Shown here piece after piece: positions 1 to 6,331 of a stretch of 11,270 nucleotides of DNA. Position 1 is the first letter of the stretch; the number at the start of each line of letters is the position of its first letter. A program made the position numbers and the translations under genes. The stretch is from Candidatus Iainarchaeum sp. (GTDB lineage Archaea; Iainarchaeota; Iainarchaeia; Iainarchaeales; CSSED10-239), in the NCBI GenBank assembly GCA_937968065.1, contig CALBUD010000021.1, positions 1-11,270 on the forward strand. The letters are read 5' to 3'. The notes beneath the pieces are model-generated. The model searched no databases. It saw only the letters and a list, made by a program, of their open reading frames with translations, and was not told where the DNA came from.

Positions 1-2
1 AA

Positions 3-335
3 ACAATAATTTTAAAAGAAAATAATGATATTAATTTTCCTGAAAAAAGATTAGTTGTTTTAAAAAATAATGATTTTTCTTATGAAACAACAATTAACAG
101 TAATCAAAAAGATATAACTTTAGATTATGTGTGTAATCATATAAATAAATCTTTAGATATTACAATAGATGATAAAGATTCTTCAAGTAAGATTACAGGA
201 TATATATTATTAAATAATTTTAAGAATTTTTTAAATTCTGTTTTATTTAAAGTTCTTTTAATTGTTATTTTAATTGTTTTAGTTTTATCTTTCTCAACAA
301 GATATTTAAAATATGTAAATAAAAAACAAAAATAA
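3..335 (+). CDS. 3' end of a larger surface/membrane-anchored protein gene (5' end lies outside the window)
   Basis: Frame 3 is open from the window edge: TIILKENNDINFPEKRLVVLKNNDFSYETTINSNQKDITLDY precedes the Met listed at 129. The 129 start is therefore probably internal. Stop is TAA at 333-335. The C-terminus is a hydrophobic helix (LFKVLLIVILIVLVLSF) followed by a basic tail (RYLKYVNKKQK), the same architecture as the next gene. Confidence 0.55.
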   Translation, partial: TIILKENNDINFPEKRLVVLKNNDFSYETTINSNQKDITLDYVCNHINKSLDITIDDKDSSSKITGYILLNNFKNFLNSVLFKVLLIVILIVLVLSFSTRYLKYVNKKQK

Positions 336-389
336 ATAAAAAAATAAAAATAAATAAAAAAAATAAAAAAATAAAAAAAATAAAAAAGA
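321..389. repeat. A-tract low-complexity spacer (runs of 3-8 A separated by single T, one C near the start)
   Basis: Read directly: aaaaaacaaaaataaataaaaaaataaaaataaataaaaaaaataaaaaaataaaaaaaataaaaaag. It fills almost the whole gap between the stop at 335 and the ATG at 399. T residues fall at 333, 337, 345, 351, 355, 364, 372 and 381. Confidence 0.6.
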
Positions 390-398
390 TGATGATAT

Positions 399-2240
399 AT
401 GAAAAAAAGAAATTTTATATTTTTAGGAATTGTTTTAATAATCTTGGCTTTATTTACATCAACTCTTAAAGCATCTCCTATAGATCTTATAAATGTTAAT
501 TTTGAAAAAGAAACCTATTCTACAGTATACGGGTCTTCTCTAAAAATTAACTATACAATTGAAAATAATAATCCAGAAAACAAAAATTTGTTAGTTTATG
601 TTTCCTGTGATGAAGATATTTTATCTTGTAATTTTTCAAAAACTTTTAATTTAAATAATAATTCTTCTATAACATCATCTTTTACTATTAAAGGAATTGA
701 TGATGGTTCTTCAAATCTAAAATTTTATGTAAAAGATATGAAAACAAATGATATTAGAGAGTATCTTTTAAGAATAACTGTTGATAGATACAATGATGAT
801 GGAAGATTTGAAGTCGATATTTCACAATATTCTTTCTGTAGAAATAGAACTGAAGAAGCAAGAATTATTTTTGATAGAGTAAACCAAAATGATTTCTATA
901 ATCTTTCTTTATCAAGTAATACAATTATTGCAAATATAAAAGGATCAAACTATAGATTTTTAAAAGCAGACACTGAAATTCCAATACATGTAGATACAAA
1001 AAATTTATCAGAAGGACCACATACTTTAACTTTAAATATTTTAAATGATGATATTTCAGTTAAAAAGGTTTTTTCAGTATATGTCTTTGATTGTCCAGAT
1101 ATAGTTATTCCAGATTTTACAGTAACTGGTGTTCAATCATTAACACATGTTATTAAAAAAGAAGAACCTTATAGTTTAACATTTGTAGTTAAAAATGTTT
1201 CTTTAAAAAATAAACATATTTTCATATCTCAAGAATCAGATGAGGTTTTAGATGTTACTTTTTCAAATAGAGAGTTAAGACTTTCTCCAAATCAATCAAA
1301 AGAAGTTACAATTACTTTCTTAGCATCTAAAGAAACAAAATCTGGAGATTATCTTATAAAATTAAGTTTCTTTGATGAAAAAACAACTATTACAAGAAAT
1401 TTAAGATTTTTACTTCAACCAGAAAGTAATCTTAATGTAAGACTTTTACAACCTTCTTTACTTTTAGAAATTGGTAAAATTTCTGAGTTAGGTATAATTA
1501 TTGAAAATAAAGGAGATATTCAAGAAACAGTATATCTTGATTTATTTTTATCAAATGATTTAAAAGTAAATAACATGGTAAATAGTGTAGTTGTTGCTCC
1601 ATACACAACAAGAATAATATCATTAAAAATTTACGCTGGTGAAAACACTATTGAAAAAACAAGTCAAATTGATTTAGAATTAAAAAATAGTTTAAACGAT
1701 TATCATAAAAAATATAAAATAGATGTTACTGCTTTTAGAGCTAGAGACATTTTTAAAATTAGTTTCTTATCATTTCCAAACGAAATTTCATTAGGTTTAA
1801 ATAGTTCTAAAGATTTTTCATTTGAAGTATATAACTTTGATGATAAAGATATAATAATCTCAAAGATAGATATTACTGGTCTTCCTCAAGAAATAAGCTA
1901 TGAAATTAATCAATACACCTATATTCCTAAAGGTCAATCAAGAGTAATTTCAGGAAAGTTTATTGTTGGAGAAATGCCATTAGATAAATATTCTGCAAAT
2001 ATTATCTTTTATAGTAATTCTGGTGCTGTTATATCAAAACCAATAATTATTAATATAACTGATGAGATTATTGATTATGAAGATGATTTAGATAAAAAAC
2101 CAATAACTGGTTTTTTCACACTTTCTCAATCAATCTTTTTAGGAATTATAATTCTTTGTTTGTTATTAATAGTTCTTTTTGTAACTGGAGTTATAAAAAC
2201 AAAACATAAAAATTATGGAAAGAATAAGAGTGTTAATTAA
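399..2240 (+). CDS. Secreted, C-terminally membrane-anchored surface protein built of Ig-like (CARDB/NEW3-like) modules; candidate S-layer-like protein or adhesin
   Basis: ATG start. Signal-peptide-like N-terminus MKKRNFIFLGIVLIILALFTSTLKA/SP. C-terminal hydrophobic helix IFLGIIILCLLLIVLFVTGVI followed by KTKHKNYGKNK. About eleven N-x-S/T sequons in the predicted ectodomain (NYT, NFS, NNS, NSS, NRT, NLS x2, NVS, NQS, NSS, NIT). Recurrent beta-rich ~100-aa modules carry CARDB-like strings (IIIENKGDIQETVYLDLF, LTFVVKNVSLKNKHIFIS, FSFEVYNFDDKDIIIS). The family assignment is unverified without an HMM search. Confidence 0.75.
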   Translation: MKKRNFIFLGIVLIILALFTSTLKASPIDLINVNFEKETYSTVYGSSLKINYTIENNNPENKNLLVYVSCDEDILSCNFSKTFNLNNNSSITSSFTIKGIDDGSSNLKFYVKDMKTNDIREYLLRITVDRYNDDGRFEVDISQYSFCRNRTEEARIIFDRVNQNDFYNLSLSSNTIIANIKGSNYRFLKADTEIPIHVDTKNLSEGPHTLTLNILNDDISVKKVFSVYVFDCPDIVIPDFTVTGVQSLTHVIKKEEPYSLTFVVKNVSLKNKHIFISQESDEVLDVTFSNRELRLSPNQSKEVTITFLASKETKSGDYLIKLSFFDEKTTITRNLRFLLQPESNLNVRLLQPSLLLEIGKISELGIIIENKGDIQETVYLDLFLSNDLKVNNMVNSVVVAPYTTRIISLKIYAGENTIEKTSQIDLELKNSLNDYHKKYKIDVTAFRARDIFKISFLSFPNEISLGLNSSKDFSFEVYNFDDKDIIISKIDITGLPQEISYEINQYTYIPKGQSRVISGKFIVGEMPLDKYSANIIFYSNSGAVISKPIIINITDEIIDYEDDLDKKPITGFFTLSQSIFLGIIILCLLLIVLFVTGVIKTKHKNYGKNKSVN

Positions 2241-2244
2241 AATT

Positions 2245-4713
2245 TTATTTTTTAACACTTAAAAGCATTTCCATATTTTTATTCATTTTTTCTATATTTT
2301 CATCAATTACAGCAATAAATTGTTTTTTGAAAGTATCAATTTCTTTTATTTTTTCTTCTAATGTATTTTGAAGAACAACACTTTTTTCTAAGTTATTTTT
2401 ATATTCTTCAATTTCATTCATTTTTTGTTTAAATTGTTCTGCAACAGATGCTTGATAAATATTAACAGCTTTTAAGATTTTTTTATCAATTGATTCAACA
2501 ACATCTTCTTCAAAAGTTTTTAATTCATCTAATTTCTTTTCAATTATCTCAGGATCTGTTTTTGAAATTATATCTTCTTTAATATCATCTAAATCTTTAA
2601 TATTATCATCTAATATTTGTTTAATTGAAACTTTTGCTTTTTGTAAAAATTCTTTTTTAACTTCTTCAAATCTATCTTCAAATCTCTTTGAAATAGTTAT
2701 TTTAAACTCTTCAATTTCATTGATTGTTTCATATATTCTTTTAGGATCTATTTGTGTTTTTATACTTTTTTGGAAATCATCTAATCTTTTTAATTGGGTT
2801 TCAACTTTTTTCTCTGTATCTTTAATTAATCCTTCAGTTATTTTTGTTTGAAGTGTTAGAGAACTATCTAACTTTTCTATTTTTTCATCAATTTCTTTCT
2901 GAAGAGTTTTATTTTTTTCAAGTGTCTCTTTGCTTTCTTCTATTTCTTTAATATGTTTATTTATATCTTTAATTGTTTTTTCTGAAATATCACTAACCAG
3001 ATTTTCAATCTTTTCTTTTGCATCTTTTTCAATTTCAATAAGTTTTTTATCAAATCTTTCAGTATTTGTTTTTTTTGTAATTTCGTCTTTAATTTCGTTT
3101 GCTTTTATTTCAAATTCTTTTATTTTTTTATCAAATAATTCTGGATTATTTCTTTTTACAATTTCTTCTTTAATATCTCTAATTTCTTTAATGTTGTTAT
3201 TAACTTCATTTGTAATTGATACTTTTGCTTTTTGTAAAAATTCTTGTTTTATTTTTTCAAATCTTTGATCGTATCTGTTTGCAAGTTCTTCTTTATATGT
3301 ATCAAGTTCATTTATTTTTTCTGTTATTCCTTTAAGATTAATTTTTGAAATTAGTTCTTTTTGGAAATCATTTAATTTTTTAACTTCATTATTAATTGTT
3401 GTTTGTGTATTTTTAATAAGCCCTTCAGTTATTTTTGTCTGTAGTCCTAAAGTACTATTAATCTCTTTCATTTTTTCATTTAACTTTCCTGTAATAGTAC
3501 TAATTATTTTAGAAATGTTATCTTCTGTTTGTTTTACAATCAAATCTGTTTTTTTTGATTGTTCTTGAACAATGTTATTTACATCTTTTGTTTTGTCATT
3601 TAATTTTATAGTCATTGTAGTAATTATTTTTGTAATATTTTCTTCTGTTTGTGTAATTATTTGATCAGTTTTATCTTTAGTATCTTTAAGATTATTTTTA
3701 ATCTCATTTTTTATAATTTGAAAATCTGTAATTATTTTTGCTAACTGTTCTCTATTTTTATTAATGTCATCTATCTTTGTACTAATGTTTGTTTCAACCA
3801 TTTTAAATTTAGCTAAATCAGTAATTATTTTTTTATTAATATTTTTAAGTTCTGTTGAAACAATTTCAGTTATATTTTTTTTAATTTCTTTTTTTGTATT
3901 CTCTTGAAGTGAATTTATTTTTGAGATTTCTTTATCTATTTTTTCTTTTAATAGTTCTTCAATTGTATTTTGTTTTGTTTCAAGCTCTATTAATTTAGAG
4001 TTAATTGTTGTAAGTAAGCCTTTTTGCCAAATTAATTCAGTTTCATTTACTTTGTTACTTTCTGTTTCTTTTGGAACATAGTTATATGTGTTTTTATTTT
4101 CATCGTAAATAGTTACATCATCATCTTTAAAGATATCAGTGTCATCTTTAATATTTTTAATCTCTTCTTCGTCAATATCAGATTCAATTTCTTTTTTATT
4201 TTCTATTTTTTTATCTTTAGGTTTTTCTTCTTTTTTGACATCTTCTGATTTTTCTTCTTTTTTAGATTCTTTATCTTTTTCTAAATGATAATAATTATCA
4301 TCATCTTCTAAATCTTTAAATTTTACATCTTCTTTAAAACTAGGTTTTGAATTAATATTCAATTTAAAATTAAGTTCTTCACTTAAACTTTTTTTTGAAA
4401 GATTTTTAAGTTTATTAAGGTTATCATCAGTTGTTTTATCTTCTTCTGTTTCTGATTTTTTATTTTCTGAATTATTTTCTCTTGAAAAAAAGTCATCTGG
4501 AATTTCATCTTTTTTTTCAGGAGTTATTTTTGTTTCTTTTTCTTCAACTTTTTTTTTAAGTTCACTTGCTTCCTTTTTATTTAAATTTAAGACTAATTTT
4601 TCACTTTCTTCTTTTGAAAGTCCTATATTTATAAGATTCTCTACTATTTCATCATCTGGCATGCCCAAAGACTTTAATTTATTTATATTTTCTATAATTC
4701 TTTCATCTGCCAT
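2245..4713 (-). CDS. Large Lys/Glu-rich coiled-coil protein: small N-terminal helical domain, acidic low-complexity linker, and a repeat-built coiled-coil C-terminal half
   Basis: Long uninterrupted ORF. The track start at 4725 is a TTG that overlaps the adk stop. The first ATG is at 4713-4711 (MADERIIENINKLKSLGMPDDEIVENLINIGLSKEESEKLV), 4 nt after the adk TGA, so I prefer 4713. Residues ~50-230 are a D/E/K/S-rich linker. Residues ~235-826 show heptad-like K/E/I/L/N-rich sequence with no TM segment. Stop is TAA at 2247-2245. No family recognised. Confidence 0.8.
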   Translation of the reverse strand: MADERIIENINKLKSLGMPDDEIVENLINIGLSKEESEKLVLNLNKKEASELKKKVEEKETKITPEKKDEIPDDFFSRENNSENKKSETEEDKTTDDNLNKLKNLSKKSLSEELNFKLNINSKPSFKEDVKFKDLEDDDNYYHLEKDKESKKEEKSEDVKKEEKPKDKKIENKKEIESDIDEEEIKNIKDDTDIFKDDDVTIYDENKNTYNYVPKETESNKVNETELIWQKGLLTTINSKLIELETKQNTIEELLKEKIDKEISKINSLQENTKKEIKKNITEIVSTELKNINKKIITDLAKFKMVETNISTKIDDINKNREQLAKIITDFQIIKNEIKNNLKDTKDKTDQIITQTEENITKIITTMTIKLNDKTKDVNNIVQEQSKKTDLIVKQTEDNISKIISTITGKLNEKMKEINSTLGLQTKITEGLIKNTQTTINNEVKKLNDFQKELISKINLKGITEKINELDTYKEELANRYDQRFEKIKQEFLQKAKVSITNEVNNNIKEIRDIKEEIVKRNNPELFDKKIKEFEIKANEIKDEITKKTNTERFDKKLIEIEKDAKEKIENLVSDISEKTIKDINKHIKEIEESKETLEKNKTLQKEIDEKIEKLDSSLTLQTKITEGLIKDTEKKVETQLKRLDDFQKSIKTQIDPKRIYETINEIEEFKITISKRFEDRFEEVKKEFLQKAKVSIKQILDDNIKDLDDIKEDIISKTDPEIIEKKLDELKTFEEDVVESIDKKILKAVNIYQASVAEQFKQKMNEIEEYKNNLEKSVVLQNTLEEKIKEIDTFKKQFIAVIDENIEKMNKNMEMLLSVKK
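2335..3447 (-). repeat. Tandem intragenic duplication inside the coiled-coil gene (two units, 591-nt register)
   Basis: An identical 25-mer acttttgctttttgtaaaaattctt occurs at 2630-2654 and 3221-3245. A 17-mer ccttcagttatttttgt occurs at 2831-2847 and 3422-3438. Both pairs are offset by exactly 591 nt (197 codons). Protein units: LGLQTKITEGLIKNT...QEFLQKAKVSI...PELFDKKIKEFE versus LTLQTKITEGLIKDT...KEFLQKAKVSI...PEIIEKKLDELKTFE. The unit ends also align (IKEIEESKETLEKNKTLQKEIDEKIEKLD versus MNEIEEYKNNLEKSVVLQNTLEEKIKEID) with an ~20-aa indel. A further ~39-aa tandem pair (DQIITQTEENITKIITTMTIKLNDKTKDVNNI / DLIVKQTEDNISKIISTITGKLNEKMKEINST) lies at ~3433-3663. Confidence 0.85.
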
Positions 4714-4717
4714 AATT

Positions 4718-5281
4718 TCACACAATCTTTTTAATTTTATTTAAAATTTCGTTTGTAACTTTTTCAATAGTTTGATTTCCATTTATCTTTATAAGTTTAT
4801 CTTTTTGTTTATAATAATCAAGTACAACACTTGTTTCTTTAAAATAAATTTTTAATCTTTTATTTATTATTTTTAAAGTATCATCTTCTCTTTTTCTTAG
4901 AAGTAATCTTTTGATACATTCTTTTTTATTTAAGTCTATATATACTATTCCAAGTAAATTATGTTTTTTTTTATATAAAAAATAATCAATAACATGTGCT
5001 TGATTTATAGTTCTTGGAAAGCCATCTACAATTATTTTTTTTGATTTTAAAGAATTTATTTTTTTAAATAAAACATCACATGATATTTCAAAAGGAACCA
5101 TTTCGCCTTTTTTTATAATTTTTTGTACTTGTTTTGATTCTTTATTATTTTGGGTTACAAAATTATGTAAAAGATCTGATTCAACAATATGAGTATATTT
5201 TTTTAATTTTGATATTATTTTTGCTTGTGTGCTTTTACCACTACCTTGTGGTCCTAAAAAAATTAAAATATTTTTTGACAT
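4718..5281 (-). CDS. adk: Adenylate kinase / NMP kinase, short lid-less form
   Basis: ATG at 5281-5279, TGA stop at 4720-4718, 187 aa. Walker A is GPQGSGKST. IIVDGFPRTINQ fits the classic adenylate-kinase signature (three hydrophobic residues, then D-G-[FYI]-P-R-x3-[NQ]). A short LID segment (RKREDDTLKIINKRLKIY) with no zinc-knuckle insert resembles short-type Adk or UMP-CMP kinases. Confidence 0.85.
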   Translation of the reverse strand: MSKNILIFLGPQGSGKSTQAKIISKLKKYTHIVESDLLHNFVTQNNKESKQVQKIIKKGEMVPFEISCDVLFKKINSLKSKKIIVDGFPRTINQAHVIDYFLYKKKHNLLGIVYIDLNKKECIKRLLLRKREDDTLKIINKRLKIYFKETSVVLDYYKQKDKLIKINGNQTIEKVTNEILNKIKKIV

Positions 5282-5394
5282 TAATTATCTTTTTTTGTCT
5301 TATTTACTATAATAATATATAAATCAAATATAATATAAATTTAAGTATACTTATATATTTGTAATATTACAATAATTTAAAAAGGTTCGGTTTT
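5282..5394. promoter_or_regulatory. Divergent promoter region between adk (-) and the PPOX-like gene (+)
   Basis: 113-bp non-coding gap between divergent starts. A TATA-like TTATATAT at 5351-5358 lies ~40 nt upstream of the ATG at 5395, with AGGT at 5383-5386 as an SD. On the minus strand, TTTATATA (complement of 5316-5323) lies ~39 nt upstream of the adk ATG. AT-rich background makes TATA calls weak. Confidence 0.35.
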
Positions 5395-5685
5395 ATGAAA
5401 ATTTTAAAAAACTATAAAAAAATTATAGAAAACAACTTAATATTTGTATCCACTTCTTCAAAAAAATCAAAACCGCACTTAATTGTTTGTGCAGATGCAA
5501 GAGTTTTTAAAAATTATATATTAATAACAGACAACTATATGAAAGTTACAAAAAAGAATATATTCGAAAATAACTCTATATCCTTATGTGTTGGATCTTT
5601 AAAACAGGGTTTTTTATATATTAAAGGAAGAGTTGAATATAAACAATCAGGTAAATATTTTACTTCTATTAAAAGTTTAAAATAA
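5395..5685 (+). CDS. Pyridoxamine 5'-phosphate oxidase-like (FMN-binding split-barrel) family protein, ended prematurely by an in-frame TAA; possible pseudogene or read-through gene
   Basis: AGGT SD lies 8 nt upstream of the ATG. LIFVSTSSKKSKPHLIVCADARV, ITDNYMKVTKKNIFENNSISLCV and GFLYIKGRVEY follow the pattern I associate with small PNPOx-like proteins. After the TAA at 5683-5685 the same frame continues NKGFPCKGVLIITPKKITFGK to a second TAA at 5749-5751. That extension looks like the missing last beta-strands of the domain. Confidence 0.6.
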   Translation: MKILKNYKKIIENNLIFVSTSSKKSKPHLIVCADARVFKNYILITDNYMKVTKKNIFENNSISLCVGSLKQGFLYIKGRVEYKQSGKYFTSIKSLK

Positions 5686-5752
5686 AATAAAGGATTTCCT
5701 TGTAAAGGAGTTTTAATAATTACTCCCAAAAAAATAACTTTTGGTAAATAAA

Positions 5753-5827
5753 AGACCGGTAGCGAAGTCAGGATATCGCACAAGCCTCCTAAGCTTGGGA
5801 TCGTGGGTTCAAATCCCACTCGGTCTG
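5753..5827 (+). tRNA. tRNA-Arg (anticodon CCT)
   Basis: Hand-folded 75-nt cloverleaf. Acceptor AGACCGG/TCGGTCT (one G-U). U8 A9. D arm GCGA-AGTCAGGATA-TCGC. Anticodon arm CAAGC-CTCCTAA-GCTTG, with CCT at positions 34-36. Variable loop GGATC. T arm GTGGG-TTCAAAT-CCCAC. Discriminator G. No encoded CCA and no intron. Followed immediately by T6. Confidence 0.9.
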
Positions 5828-5833
5828 TTTTTT
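5828..5833 (+). terminator. Oligo-T tract directly after the tRNA (archaeal-type termination signal)
   Basis: TTTTTT begins one base after the discriminator nucleotide. Archaeal RNA polymerase terminates at oligo-T runs. Confidence 0.4.
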
Positions 5834-6095
5834 ATATAAAAAACATATCGTTTTTTAAAAAAAGAAACACCTTTATTTTAAAGGCTTTTAAAGAGTCTTT
5901 TTACATTATTTTTTAATCTTAAAATTTAAAACATCTTAAAAATAAGTGTTTTTTAATATTTAATATATGTTATTAAATATACAATAAATAAGTTTTTAAA
6001 TCTTTACTATATAAAAAAAATCAACATTAACTTTAAATACTTTCTCCTTTCTTTAAAATATATATCAATGAAAGTATATATTTTATTGATAGGTA

Positions 6096-6290
6096 ATGGA
6101 GGAAATGGTCATTATGGACAAATCATTTATTATTATGTCAAAGAGTTATGATGAAGACGATGATGAAGAATTCTTTGATGAAGAAGATGAAGAAGCTGAT
6201 GAAAACTACGAAGAATACAAGAAAAGTAAACCAGAAGTTTTAGATGAAGATGATGACTCTAACTTAGACGATGAAGATGATGACTATTAA
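6096..6290 (+). CDS. Small, extremely acidic, probably disordered protein (poly-Asp/Glu)
   Basis: 64-aa ORF; by my count 32 of 64 residues are D or E (DEDDDEEFFDEEDEEADENYEEY...LDEDDDSNLDDEDDDY). GGAGGA at 6098-6103 lies 10 nt upstream of the third ATG (6114), so the real start may be 6114 (58 aa). TATA-like TTTAAAATATATAT at ~6052-6065. It uses noticeably more C-ending codons (GAC, TAC, AAC, TTC) than neighbouring genes. Low-complexity composition keeps confidence moderate. Confidence 0.55.
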   Translation: MEEMVIMDKSFIIMSKSYDEDDDEEFFDEEDEEADENYEEYKKSKPEVLDEDDDSNLDDEDDDY

Positions 6291-6331
6291 ATTATTTAGT
6301 AAATATAATTTTTATAAGGGGGAGAAACTAA

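Noticed and set aside
129-335. 68-aa ORF listed as an independent gene
   Set aside because: The same frame is open back to the window edge and encodes plausible protein sequence there. It is the tail of a larger gene whose start lies upstream of the window.
2930-3268. 112-aa + strand ORF (S/F/I/L-rich)
   Set aside because: It is entirely antisense to the coiled-coil gene. Its low-complexity Phe/Ser/Ile composition is what the reverse complement of Lys/Glu-rich codons produces. It has no start context.
2335-3663. Repeated DNA that might be mistaken for a CRISPR-like or mobile repeat array
   Set aside because: The repeats are in-frame, 591 nt apart, and translate into homologous coiled-coil units of one long ORF. 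There is no short repeat/spacer periodicity.
4714-4725. TTG start at 4725 for the coiled-coil ORF (MCEIM...)
   Set aside because: It would overlap the adk stop by 8 nt and uses a non-ATG start. An ATG at 4713 follows the adk TGA by 4 nt and begins a sensible helical N-terminus. The TTG start cannot be strictly excluded.
5134-5322. 62-aa + strand ORF
   Set aside because: It is antisense to the well-supported adk gene and runs into the promoter gap. It is a hydrophobic, low-complexity artefact of AT-rich DNA.
5683-5685. Reassigned TAA codon (alternative genetic code) as the explanation for the in-frame stop
   Set aside because: Most other genes in the window end at TAA with sensible C-termini (TM anchors plus basic tails, full-length domains) and tight spacing to neighbours. 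That is inconsistent with TAA being a sense codon.
5535-5819. 94-aa minus-strand ORF
   Set aside because: It overlaps the PPOX-like gene and is antisense to the tRNA-Arg. Its N-terminus, MGFEPTIPSLGG, is simply the reverse translation of the tRNA T-arm and acceptor stem.
5956-5980. Perfect 10-bp inverted repeat ATATTTAATA-tatgt-TATTAAATAT upstream of the acidic gene (possible operator or hairpin)
   Set aside because: It is made only of A and T in a region that is almost pure A/T, so palindromes of this length are expected by chance. It would form a very weak hairpin and has no second copy in the window.
6068-6151. 27-aa ORF (MKVYILLIGNGGNGHYGQIIYYYVKEL) overlapping the start of the acidic gene in another frame
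   Set aside because: It has no SD, overlaps the better-supported acidic ORF, and short ORFs of this kind are expected by chance.
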